A DNA stretch of 63,733 nucleotides, the filler included, from Nemertoderma westbladi (taxonomy: Eukaryota > Animalia > Xenacoelomorpha), in NCBI GenBank assembly GCA_032718475.1. It is 3 parts of 3 records of this genome, joined end to end, with 100 filler letters (N's around TTAATTAATTAA, not from the genome) between each part and the next. Parts side by side here need not be neighbours in the genome. Positions count along the whole stretch, not along the records: positions 1 to 28,238 come from JAUCBJ010001173.1; 2 more parts are not named here. One strand, given 5' to 3'. The notes beneath the pieces were generated by a model. The model was given only the letters and a program-made list of their open reading frames with translations. It was not told where the DNA came from and ran no database searches. Within the stretch, counting starts at the first letter, position 1, and every line of letters begins with the position of its first letter. Shown one piece after another: positions 10,836 through 22,827 of this stretch. Made by a program: the position numbers and the translations under genes.

Positions 10836-13800
10836 ATGAGTGAACAACAACCACCCCAAGGTCCAGAGGGAGGAGGAAGCCCGCCATGCACTCCGATTGA
10901 TAGAGACCAAACGATCCGGGAAGCAGCGACGAGAAGGTACCAGCCCGTCACACCGGATTCGCCGAGGAGAGACGGTTCGGTCAATGAGAAGGAGAACGGT
11001 CGAGTACGAGGAGAAGAGGGACGCGAGTCGGCACGGGATCAGAGTGGAGAACGAAGTACTGGAGTCGCCAGCCAACCAGTGGCTGAAGTCGCAATGGTGG
11101 GGCCGATGGTACGACGCCGGACGTGGAGAGAAGGTCAAGTTCAGGAGGAAGATGTCGGGACGAGCGATCGCCTACGACGAGGGTACAACGTGACAAGGAA
11201 GCTATACTCAAGGATGCTACGAGCGGAGGAAAGTTAGACCAGCCCAAGTTGTACCGGAGACTCGGTGAGTGCAATTAACATTTCCACTACCTAGTCCGAT
11301 TTTGGCAGGGGGAACTATCGAGTGAGAGGGCAAGGGCGGTCGCCACAGAACTGTTTGAATTGTGGCGATCCGAGATAATGCCACCTGGTGTAGTGTACGT
11401 AGGAATTATCTAGTGGATGCACGGGGGATTAAGTTAGTGGGATGGGCAGATCCGCACGACTGCTAGCAAGCACGGCAAAATTAGTAGAACGAACAGGCGA
11501 CGGGAGTCCGTCGCAACCGAAAAGTCTGCTACATCCTCCGCGAAAGCAAGAAGGGTGTTAGAGATAGATCTGGCGTGTCAGTTAGATATGGTTGCATTAG
11601 ATCAAAAGGAATTAGAGAGACAGCTGGATGAGGGGACTGCGTTATTAGAAAGGGAGCTAGCGAGAGTGTGTAAAGAGAGGGCTGATAAGGTGGTGAGAAA
11701 CTATAGGAAATGTGAGGAGATGGAAAAGAGTGAGCATGAAGAGCGGGAGGCGAGAGAGGTGAACGAGAGCAAAGAGCGAGAGGCGAGGAAAGCTGAGAGG
11801 ATTGCGAGGGAGGCAGAGTTAGCCAATCAGAGTGTTAGAGAGGATAGAGAGAGAGAGATATCTGGTAAGAGAATTCGGGATGATATGCATACCCGGTTGA
11901 CGGGGTTAATGCAGTATCAGGCGAAACAAAAGCGCCCATTAAAGCTGGCAAAAATGGGTTTATCAGAGAGCGAAGCTGGTTCGGGAAGTATTTACGAGGA
12001 ACCAGGGGTGATGGAAACCTTTGTTAATACCCCACTTACAGGTACCGGACGACAGACACAAAACTGGTGTGACCGGACGGATGGGGGGGGAGGTAACGAC
12101 AATACGTTTAATGAGAATGTTAATATTAATAATACCGTAATAGATAATCCTAACAATAATGAAACGTTTCTTACAGGAAATAATATTTTAATAGATATAA
12201 TGTAAATAAATATTGGTGCGCCGAATAACCAAAATAATTTAAATAATAATATTAGTAGTGGTACGATAAATAACAATATAATAAATAATCCTGGTGAAAT
12301 TAATCAAAATAATCTAAATAATAATATAATGAATAATCACGGCAAGGCTAGTGGCAGTACAATTAATATAAACATTAGTGAAGTATACAATGTATACAAG
12401 TATACATTGTATACAAAGTATACAAGTGAACTGGGGCTCCCAATGACGGAGGAGAATAGAGGGGGGCAACAGACGCCCCACGGATGTCTGCGGGAAATGC
12501 GCGCGGTGGGTTAGTGAACCGTGGCACCCAACAACGGGGGGAAAGGGGGGGGGGGGGGGGAACAGACGCCCCGCGAGCATTGGCGAAAAATGCGCGCAAT
12601 GAGTCAAGTGAACCGTGGCACCCAACGACGGAGGATAGTAGAAGGGCAACGGATATCCGCGAGGCCATACAACCAGGTAGAGGGAGGAATGTTGGTGCCG
12701 TAAGCGGCCAAACGAGAGAACGTCGAGGCCACTCGGAAGACGGAAGGAGAACAGTTCATCCGGGAGGTCGATACGAGACCTCATGAACATGGATATAATG
12801 TCGAAACCGGAGGATGCGAGGAGGAGCGAGGAGATGTTGCTACGGGCAACCTCTGATCTCGAGATAGGATGGACAGTGAACCATTGATAGTTGAAGTAGA
12901 GAGGGAGGGCCAGTGGGGTCGTACTCCGGGAGATTACCATTGCCCCGGAGAAACACAACCTGGCGAAATATATCACACACCGGGAGAGGGGTACAGAGTG
13001 TACCGGAACGAGGAGGAAGATAGAAGAGGGGATCGAAGGGAAACTTCCCATTGGAACGTAGCTGGTGATCGCAGGGAGGAGTTCTTGGAATATTCGAGAA
13101 GATTAAACTTCGATCCGGAGGAACACACCTACAGACTGCAGGACATACTGTAGGCCTTACTGCACATACTATAGGCCATGCTGGGAGAGATAGTGTAGGC
13201 GCTAGGGTAGCGCGAATGCCGGGATTGGACCCAGAGGTCGCGGCTTACATACCATTGAGTAGGCAGGAACCTGCTAGGAATATACCGGTACCTGCACACC
13301 AGTATGAATATAATATGCAGGGATATAACACATACCCAGGGGAGGGGGGGGGGTATTGCAGATAGCTGTATGCGCCCCAATATAATGACATCTGCCCCAG
13401 TGCCATTTATAACATCGGGGGGGGGGGGGGGGGGGCAGGGTGACATTCCCCCATTACTGTATCCGCAATAATGCAACCTAAAATAAAAAACGCGACCCCA
13501 AAGATCATGCAACATGGAGATATGGAGGGGACAGTTACCCCCGATGATATACCCTACTCAGGGAAAGTTGACGAAACCGAGAGGCGAAGCACAATCAACA
13601 TCGAAGGAGCCTGCATCCGTACCGTCAAGCGCACTGGAAATTCAAGCGATGGGAATGGCAACACTCATCGACGCGCTGAAAACTAGAATATAGCTGCCAC
13701 CAGTGGAGCCTTTTAAGTTTGATGTTAGCAAGCCGGAAGAATATCTACATTTCTAGAGGATGTCGAAAATCTCACACAGGCGGAGTGCCTTAAATATCCA

Positions 13801-16400
13801 CAAGTTTATACAGGGGGGCCAGCCTACGACATCGTGAGGCAATACCAAGGAATTGAAGGAGGATTTACAACCGCGTGGAGAGCCCTTGAACAGGAAATTT
13901 GGCCATCCTGCGAAGATTATCCGACAAACCTTAAGGGGAAGGGGAATAACATCAGGCGGACTCGCAGATAACCCTGTTAGCATCAAGACCTTCACTAACA
14001 AAGTAGAAAAGGCGCTGATAATCTTAAAGACCCTAGGCCTAGATGCACCATATTAACTCAATGCATCGAATAATATCACGACCATAGCGCAGGCACTTCT
14101 GATTTGGTTGAGGAACAAATGGAGAAAGATCGCTTTCTCCACTCGAGAGAAGAAGGGTGCAGAGCCAGGGTTGGAGGAGATGTTGAACTTCCTTAACTAC
14201 GAGGCGGATTTGATAACGGATCCAGTCTATAGTGGGGACAGTCTAGGCAAAGTACCGAAAACGGAATACAGCCGACCTAAACCCGAACATAGTGCGGCGA
14301 ATGCACTTCCAAAAGTGAGGCAGTTGCTACCATATGCGGCCACACAGGGGACTACAAGTCCGCAGAGTGCTGGGAGTAGAGCCACATCGTGGCAGGGACA
14401 GAAACAAAGCAACAAGACCAGTAGATATAAACCCAATACCCCCAGTAGGCCGAGTTCAAACAACCAAAACACCAAACTGCTAGATATGCATCTAAATGCA
14501 ATATGCGAAGCACTATATAAGGAATGCTACAACCCTGATTACAAATGCCGATTGCATAGGAGCGGGACATATAAGACCATAAACTGTAAGCATTGGCAGA
14601 TTAAACAAGACCAAATAGCCTCCACTGGAAAGAATGGCCCATGTCACCGATGCGCGGTAGGAGGGCACAGAAAGGATGAATGTCAAGAACCACCGATCAA
14701 GTATGCCAAGACTGATGGAACTGGAGGCCAGATGATGGCGACGAGCACCATGGGAGCAAGGTATTACTCGGAGTAGTACCAGTGAGAATAATTGGAGAAA
14801 GCGGACTATCGGTTGCAACATTAATGTTAGTCGATAGCGGAACAGCGTTCATGCTGACGGAGAGTTGGGTGGCTGTGAAGATAGGATTAAAGACCAGGCC
14901 AAGTAATATGGCGGTGACCATGATATCGAGCAAAGACGAGGTCATGAAGATGAGGATGGTACGGTGTGAAATTGGAGCAATAACACCAGGGTGCGACTAT
15001 GGGGCTACAATTGAACCCATTCAAATAATAGAGTCGATAAACATAAACGCCAGGCGACCTACAAAGATCGAGTCAAACAAAACCGGTACCTGGACGGCAT
15101 CGACTTCTCTGTGCCCAAACTAGATGTCCCGAAAGTGTCTCTCATAGTCGGCATGGACTGTCCGATGGCCCATGAGAGGTTGCAAACCATCTTCAGAGAC
15201 GACAAAGAGCGAGACCCGGTGGCCATTCTCACGTCATTCGGATGGATGCTCAGTGGCCCAATAAAGACGAGGATCCTGTTTAGCGTATCCGAATCCTCTG
15301 GATGCATGCTGTCCGGTACCTTTGAAGACATAGAGCAAAAGCAAAAGACGGGTGATGGGGAGGTTCCATATTGGAAGCGGCCCGAGCAGAAGTCAAAGAC
15401 GGGCGATGGGGGAGGTCCCATATGAGAAGCGGCCCGGGGAAGGATATCAGGAATCGGGGGCAGGAATGGATCTGGAACCACGCATAGTGGAAAGGGTGGA
15501 GGATGAGTCCAGAGAAATACCACCAATAGAAGAGTCAGGAGGAGGAGCAACAGCAAGAGAGTGGGCGGAGGAGAATGGGTTCAATGCACAGGACCTTGAG
15601 GCAATGGGATGGAACACAGACGTTCCTGGCAAGTATCAGTACGGGGATGGGAAAGAGTTGATGGCGAGATATCCAGAGAGATGCCCGGAAGAGACGCCGA
15701 TCCAATTGGGAAGTATACTGATACTAGGGGGATTGAACAAGAAGATAAGGATAAAGAAGAAGAAACATAACAGGGTTGATCCAAAGGGAGAGGATTTGAG
15801 GATAAAGGATGATGGGAATGGGAAAGTTAGAGGAGACGTGTTGAACACGGGACTGGCAGAGTGCGAGGGGGCATTAAATGTTAAACCATTTTGCGTACCG
15901 AATGATGACCAAGGGTCATCGGGGGCTTTAACGCCGGCACACATATTGAGGGGGAGGCCAGCAGAGGTGGAATGTACCAGTGACGATGATATGAAGGGGG
16001 GCATTCTACCGCCAAATGACTACAAGATGAAGGGTGGCATTCTGCCACCAAAAGACGATGACAAATTCTGTGAAATAGCGGGAAGGTCGGACCTGAGACA
16101 GGAGAAGAGGATGGGGGGGGGGGGGGGCAGTGACGGGCCAGATGTGATGTCAGTGGGCCAGAAGTGGATATGAATCCTACTGATGAAAAGACAACCAAGG
16201 GTAGCATTTGACTACAAAGGGAGGAATTTTATAAAGAAATGGCAAGTCTCCAGGATGAAGATGTCTATGACAGCAGGGGGCATTCTACTACTGAATGCTA
16301 CCCCAGCGAGGATGGAAAGATTAGATCCGTGGAAGTGAGGATCGGAGGAAAGATAGGGGCCAAAGATAGGAAGACCTACAGGAGGGCAGCGCCCTAATTA
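10836..16400 (+). pseudogene. Degraded BEL/Pao gag-protease with integrase C-terminal remnant
   Basis: Gag core (FGHPAKIIRQTL, LRNKWRKIAF..LEEMLNFLNYEA), knuckles (CRLHRSGTYKTINC, CHRCAVGGHRKDEC), protease (MLVDSGTAF, LIVGMDCP, TSFGWMLSGP), then ECEGALNVKP..ALTPAHILRGRP and ECYPSEDGKIRSVEVR. Many stops and frameshifts. Confidence 0.85.
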
Positions 16401-17379
16401 TTAGAGTCGTCCAATATATTGGACTGAGGGGGGTGGGAATGAGGGTGAGATGCCCTTCCCCACACACAAATAAAAATAAAATAATAAAATAAAAAATAAA
16501 AATGAGTAAGTAGTAGTACCAAGGTACAGTTTAGGTAGATATTATGTACATCTGATGGGTATGGACATAACAACGTACATAATATTTAGGTGTAGGTAGT
16601 TATAATTATGTACGTCGGATGGGTACGAAGGTACCAAAGTACCTAGTTTACATACGCACCACATGCCAGGTCAATGGGAGCAATATCAGTATATGATATA
16701 TACTGTAGTAGAAGGGTACATAGTACCATAGTAAGGATTGGAAGGGTATACATTGCGTACGTCTGATTGGCACAATGTGCCAATGTACGTAATAAATACC
16801 AAACATGCCGGGTCAATGGGACCAATATTAATACGTAATACATACTACAGTTGGCACTGAGGGTACCATGTGAGGAGTTAAATGGGGTATGTAGGCGTAG
16901 TAAAATAGACTGTGTAGGCCGCACGAACTAGACTACTATAGTGCATAGCCCGTAGTAAAGACTTAGGCTATTGTTACAGAGCCAGAAAGCTGTCTGGTAG
17001 GAAGCTAGTACAACAATAAGAAAACTGTAGCTAGTCTTCTCTGTAGACAAGTAGAGGTGAATTACTTACGTAGTAATTGAGTAGCAGGTAGAATAATAGG
17101 ACATGGGGGGGGGGGGGGAATATAAAAATAATAATAAAAAATTAGAAAATTATAGCAACTGGGAATAAGGATTCTAGAATCATTAATAAAAGTAACGGAC
17201 AGAATTACAAATTAGGACCAAAATTGGCACATAGGGGGAATATTTGTACAAAAAATCGACAAAAGACCAGATAGGAGGTAGGCCATCACTGATCAAAACT
17301 AATTAAAGACCATATTTAGTAATCTCTTACCTAACTGAGCCTTTCTAAGGCACCACCAGCCTGGTGAGAGAGTGGAATC

Positions 17380-18380
17380 GTGATGGTGGAGAAACTGGTG
17401 AAGAAGAGGAAGTCGGAGAAGAGCGGGAAGGAGTTACTAGTGGACTTCATGTTGAGGCATCCGGAGAATAAGACAACGGAATACTACAAACGACTCCTGA
17501 AGAGTCAGAAAGTGCATGCTCTACTAGATCAGTTTAGGGAGATGCACAAGCTACTACTAGTCGGGACCTATGGGATGCCGTCGTTGGATAACACGATCGA
17601 CGAGCATCTTCGCTACGTTGTAAAGGGAGACGAGGCTACCTTCAGGATACCGAAGTATGCGAGGGAACCACCTAGGAAGGAATGGAGGAGGTTTGTAGAT
17701 TCTGTGGAGAGGGGTGGATACATGATCCTAGATGACAAGGGGACTGTGGAGGATGACGAAGGGTCAAGAAGGGGGTCAGGAGGATCGGGTAGAACTATAT
17801 TGCTGCATTTAGCGGCGCCGAATGGAGATATCTTTCTATTCGACCTAGGGACCTATGGAAAGAGGAGCGGGCCGAAGTTAATCCACCTACCGGATGCGGT
17901 GCAGAAACTAGTAAGGTTGAAGACTACGATAAAGGTTGGATTGGCGATACGCGACGACGCGGAGAGGATTATTGGACCGGGCACCCCTCTTCTGGACATG
18001 CAGGTAGTCTACATGGCTATGACGAAACCAGATGGATTGGGATTGGTGGATAACACGGGACAATACGGAGCCGTGGTGATGGGCCAGCTGATGGGACTCA
18101 TCTGCCACAAGCTGACGGGGTGGAGCTTGCGAACTCACTCAAATGGGGAGCGAGATCGGGGAAGGAGGAGTTATATCACTTCTGGAAAGGAGCGATAAAG
18201 ATATATCAGAAGAGATATATCTTACAGGAGGACTGGATAATGACAGGTTTGCTGAACCTATTTATCACAGTGGTTATTGGCAGGGAGCCGACGGCGTTTC
18301 TACTGATGGGAGCAGCTTTGAGCCACAGGAGAGCCTTTAAGGTAGCCCTAGAAGGTCTTGTAGACCACCCAGGGTAGAAG
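17380..18380 (+). pseudogene. DEDDy (WRN/EXD/Mut-7-like) 3'-5' exonuclease-like domain within element A, frameshifted near 18120
   Basis: YMILDDKG (ExoI-like), LLHLAAPNGDIFLFDL, LPDAVQKLV..TIKVGLAIRDDA (ExoII-like), LLDMQVVY, and in the next frame FWKGAIKIYQKRYILQED (ExoIII-like W..Q..YxxxE/D). Confidence 0.65.
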
Positions 18381-19053
18381 GGCGAATCGGTGTATTCTGA
18401 TTCCCAACACCTGGTGGACATAGAGGTAGACACACCGTACAAATGATGGAAGAAACACGAGGCGGATAGAGAAAAGGAAAGGAGGCTAGAGGAAGTCGCC
18501 AGGAGAGAGAGGAGGGAGGCAGCAGGCAGAGAGGCAGATATAAGGGGAGGGGAGTACGATTTTGAGGCCCAAGATTTGGATGAGTTGAGGTGAGGATCGG
18601 AGATCTCGGGCGAGTTTCGGCTGGGGGACGAGGTGGATTGGATGGAAGAGACACTGATACAGTCTACATCGGGACTGCAAGGAATGCTGATGCCTGGGGG
18701 GGGGGGGGTCTGATGGCGACTTTGGAAGGAAGAGACCGAGGACGATGGAGGGGTGGAGGGTTACGGGCGAGTACCAGGCTGGAAAGGGACATGGTGGATC
18801 AACCGGGATCCCGGATTTGGAGCCGCTCGTGGCAGAGGAAGTAGAGGAGGACGAGTTTGGGAGGATACCGCCGATAGAGAGAATCAGCCGGTCAGACGCG
18901 GACTGGGTGGACGGGAGAGTGGTGACATCCAGTGGGGCGAGAGCCTTCTGGGACGCACCCGGCAAGCAAGCCTGGGAGCACGGGGAACCAATGACGGACT
19001 TCCTGGCGAACATGATTCGACTGGGTGAGCAACCGGGGGCGGCACCATGAGTA

Positions 19054-19608
19054 GTGTTTGGGGAAACGATGCCGAGGGAGGAGGAGGACGTTGACATGGG
19101 TAGGGAGGACAAGGTGGAAATGTTCACCTACCAGCGGCTCCATAGACCCAGGAGGCTATGTGGAGCCAAGGACGACTTGGGGCGAGATACAGTGATAGTC
19201 GGTTGCGACTACTGTGGGAGACAAACCCATCAGCAAAAGAACTGTCTGTATCATTACCAGAAGGGGATGACATGTCTATATTGCCGCGAGTCTACCCATA
19301 GGATGGGCCCGTGCCCAAGGTTGCACCACAGGTGTTCGAAGTGCAACTTTAGGGGGCACTTTGAGCGCCAGTGCGACTGGATGGAGGATGAGGAGAAATT
19401 CCGTATCTTCGAGGATTGGCCCGACATCGGAGTCATGACAAGGCAAAGGATGAAGGCCCAGGAGTTCCAGTGGGGGTTTTTCAACATTAACCTACAGGCC
19501 CACCAGGAGATTACCAAGAGGACACTACCATTCACGTATCAGGAGGTAGCGACAGCGGCATCATATGGAGGGGTCATTAACACCCAAAGATATAATCCAA
19601 AGCCATAA
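19054..19608 (+). pseudogene. Zinc-knuckle cluster, probably the C-terminal part of the extra ORF of element A
   Basis: CDYCGRQTHQQKNC, CLYCRESTHRMGPC and CSKCNFRGHFERQC: three CX2CX4HX4C motifs. Confidence 0.7.
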
Positions 19609-19988
19609 ACCAACGATTTATAAGAGGTCGCCAGAAAACAGGATGGAGTTCAGGTATTTTCTGGCGGAACATGTGCCGCGTGGGGTGAAGATGATCTTGT
19701 GGGACGGTACCAGGGGGAAGCAGGAGGGACACTCAGTGGGACCACCTGCGAAGCGATATCGCGAATTAATAACGCCCCCACCCAAGGATCCAACAACGGG
19801 GCTCGGCAAGACGGTATCAGCGAGAATGAGTAGCCTCAAGAGCAAACAGGAGGGGAGGAAGCAACCGAGGCAGGACGATGATAGAGGTAAAGAGCTGAGA
19901 TGGTTCCTGGAGGGTACGGGAGGAGGACTTTAGGACTCTATAACTGATTGCGGGCAATGTCAATGTGCCTGGAAGGCACCGCATGGAT

Positions 19989-20299
19989 ACATAAGTACAA
20001 ATAACTCTCAAGTGCAATTAATACAAGTGCAATTAGTATGTACGTACGTAATCAATTAATACTAGAGAAATATAATATACATAGAATAGTCAGATATAAC
20101 CTTTTCCAATTAGCTACTGGGACTGGGGACTAATTGACTGAAACATAAGTACAAATAACTCTCAAGTGCAATTAATACAAGTGCAATTAGTATGTACGTA
20201 CGTAATCAATTAATACTAGAGAAATATAATATACATAGAATAGTCAGATATAACCTTTTCCAATTAGCTACTGGGACTGGGGACTAATTGACTGAAACA
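19989..20299. repeat. 154-bp tandem duplication inside element A
   Basis: acataagtacaaataactc...gactgaa occurs at 19989 and again at 20143. Confidence 0.95.
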
Positions 20300-20763
20300 G
20301 GAGGACGGGACAATGACGGATCTCACTGACATGGTGAACACATGTGTGAGGCCTGATAGGAGTGTGTGGAGAGTGACAGCAAAAGGGGGTTGAGGATAAG
20401 AGAAACGTGGGAGGAAGGTGCTAGGACTTCGGGGAAAGTAAAGAGTGCGAGTGGGGAGCGAGCATAGAGGAGGATGAGTCCTATGGGACTAGTGAGCGAG
20501 GAGAACGGACGACAGAGTCCGACATAAATTGTGTGAGGAGAGAGAGCAATCGTCTAAAGAGAGACGCCAGATGCCTTGGTGCAGCTTAGCTCGCAGATGT
20601 ACCAAGGATGGGTAGTGAAAAGAGACCCAGGGGGGCCAGCCTGGAAACTTGGCCCCAAGAAGAGAATTCCACCCCACATCCAATATTAGATTGGATTCCA
20701 GCAGAATTGGAGCGTACTTAAGGTTGATGCTATCTTCTCACCGGGAAGATAGCATGGGGGGAG

Positions 20764-21368
20764 TGTAAGCGGATCCAATTCACTGCACTACCCAGTGGAA
20801 AATGGGGAAAGTTGTTTTTTACCAATTATAGTTGGCTAGGTGACATTAGCAATATAATGTCACCTAACAACCAACAAAGGCAATATACATTGCCAGCCAC
20901 AAGTAGAGATGAGAGGCTACAAGCCATCTCAGGGGGACGAAGGGAGCTAGCACGTGGGATAAGGGAACAGCGAGTGCCAAGGGAAGGAAGGATAGGTTAG
21001 CCAATGATGGGGCAGAACACCATCTGATTGGGATGCATCCATTGGCCAGGCCACACAGCAAGAAGCAATATTCCATGTGTTAGTAATATAACCGTTGCAT
21101 TTATTACCTGTTGTTCAGTTGGTTTGTGTAGAGATGTGGAAGCAAGACGGTTTAAACCGTCGTCATCGTCATTAACTGTGCTATTATTATATTCTGATTG
21201 TGCTATTATTGTATTCTGACATTACGAACAACTGCCACTAAAATCTATCGGCCTCAGGCCTTTCAGATACCACAAGCCTTTCACCAGCCAGCAGACGCAG
21301 CGACGCATACTATCCAAAAGCAAACACATCGGTCGGGATTTCCTCGCCAACTCGGGGATCCCGTCACA
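20764..21368 (+). repeat. Element A 3' LTR
   Basis: Direct repeat of 10142-10758, directly after the PPT. Confidence 0.93.
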
Positions 21369-21666
21369 GCGATGCAGTATTCATACATAAACAAAGTGTT
21401 CTAGAATATGGGGTACTTATTTATTAAATATAATAAGACTCGCGCACGTGCAAAACTCATGTGGGGGGGGGGGGGGGTGGCGGGCAAGTCACTGAATTAA
21501 GAAAATATATTCCAGGACATGGTGTGTGTTTCGCATAAAAATAAGTGTCTCCCCGGTTAATAATGTAAGATTCAAATGAAATTAAAGCAGTTTAGACTAT
21601 TACGAGCGTGCGAGGCAATAGTTGGAGCTTGTATTACATAATATAGAGAGAGTTATGTTTCTTTAT

Positions 21667-22827
21667 TTACTCTTGTAGACCAGGATTGGTAACTTTACCC
21701 AAGAAGAGCAGAATATCGTTCCTTTTGTCTCTAATAGCAAAAAGAAAGGGCCGAGAGAGACAGATAGACGGGTTCCCGCAGGAGTCACTTTCGTATACAG
21801 CAGTAACTGCGGCAGCCTCAGACCCTTCCTCGTTAACTAACACAAAGGTTTTGTGTACAATGCCTTCGACAGACAGGCCGGCACTGTTGGTCACTCCCGA
21901 TAGATCGCATATCTCCGAAAACAGATCCGTCATCCCCATATCCGACAGCGTTTCAGTCAAAGTGTAAGAATCTTCAAGTTTAAACTTCGGGATGAAAACA
22001 GTCACCTCGATCTCCTCTAACTTTTCGAACACATTATCGAACCATTTGTTGCTAATTTTGGCCTCGAGAGCGGCGATTTCGTCATATGGCAATATAAATA
22101 TCATCGAGAGATCATTTCCTTTGTAGGGTATCTCCAATACCGTGAAGTCGTTATTACGAACTACGTTAAAGCGCCTATCTAACATTCTCATATACATCAC
22201 ATCGACTTCTCCTTCCTTGTCAGTAATGAATTTATCTTGAAAGCTTTTCTTGGGATCGAATTTGTTTTCCCAATCACCCTTGAAGTACAAGGCGTTTACA
22301 AGAACCAATTTGGTATCACCATCGATACATCTCTCACCAACTATTTCCTGTATTTTATCTCTCGTCATGGATGCCACCCAATTATTTATCTCGATTCGAA
22401 CTTCCTCAGGGAACCTCACAAAGTCGACTTTCTCTACCTCAGAACCGTACTGCTCTTTGGTTAGCTGTAGATATTCATCTTTGATCGGATAATCCTGTCG
22501 CACGTATAGCTTATTAGCTCCATCGAGAGTGTAAGGCTTTTCATCTCTATAAAGATAGTTTTGTATTGCCTGAATAGCGTTGTGTATTTCGTCATCTTTT
22601 AGGTCTTTGTAATGGAGAACTTTTCTCATCTGTTGTTTAGTTGCCCCTGCAGTGCCACCATATGTCATGGATAGCGCCGTTATCAGACTCAATGGACTGA
22701 TCAGAATGTTGGTATCGGATTTATCCTTTATTATCTCCTTGTACAGATCGATAGCAAAGCTGGTGATCGATCGACTAAGGGCTTCCACATTCGCTTCGAG
22801 ATCGACTAATTCTTTAACGCATTCCAT
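21667..22827 (-). CDS. Serpin (protease inhibitor), intronless, no signal peptide, 386 aa
   Basis: NILISPLSL, EINNWVASMTRDKI, LVNALYFKGDW, IPKFKLE, hinge NEEGSEAAAVT, C-terminal RPFLFAIRD..LFLGKVTNP. Confidence 0.97.
   Translation of the reverse strand: MECVKELVDLEANVEALSRSITSFAIDLYKEIIKDKSDTNILISPLSLITALSMTYGGTAGATKQQMRKVLHYKDLKDDEIHNAIQAIQNYLYRDEKPYTLDGANKLYVRQDYPIKDEYLQLTKEQYGSEVEKVDFVRFPEEVRIEINNWVASMTRDKIQEIVGERCIDGDTKLVLVNALYFKGDWENKFDPKKSFQDKFITDKEGEVDVMYMRMLDRRFNVVRNNDFTVLEIPYKGNDLSMIFILPYDEIAALEAKISNKWFDNVFEKLEEIEVTVFIPKFKLEDSYTLTETLSDMGMTDLFSEICDLSGVTNSAGLSVEGIVHKTFVLVNEEGSEAAAVTAVYESDSCGNPSICLSRPFLFAIRDKRNDILLFLGKVTNPGLQE

Larger units (their letters stand above)
10142..21368 (+). 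mobile_element. BEL/Pao-derived non-autonomous LTR element A (Gag-protease, integrase C-terminal remnant, extra exonuclease-like ORF)
   Basis: TG...CA LTRs at 10142-10758 and 20764-21368; TSD GCTAT/GCGAT (one mismatch); PPT GGGGGGAG at 20756-20763; BEL-type gag and protease motifs; no RT or RNase H motifs found. Confidence 0.9.
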
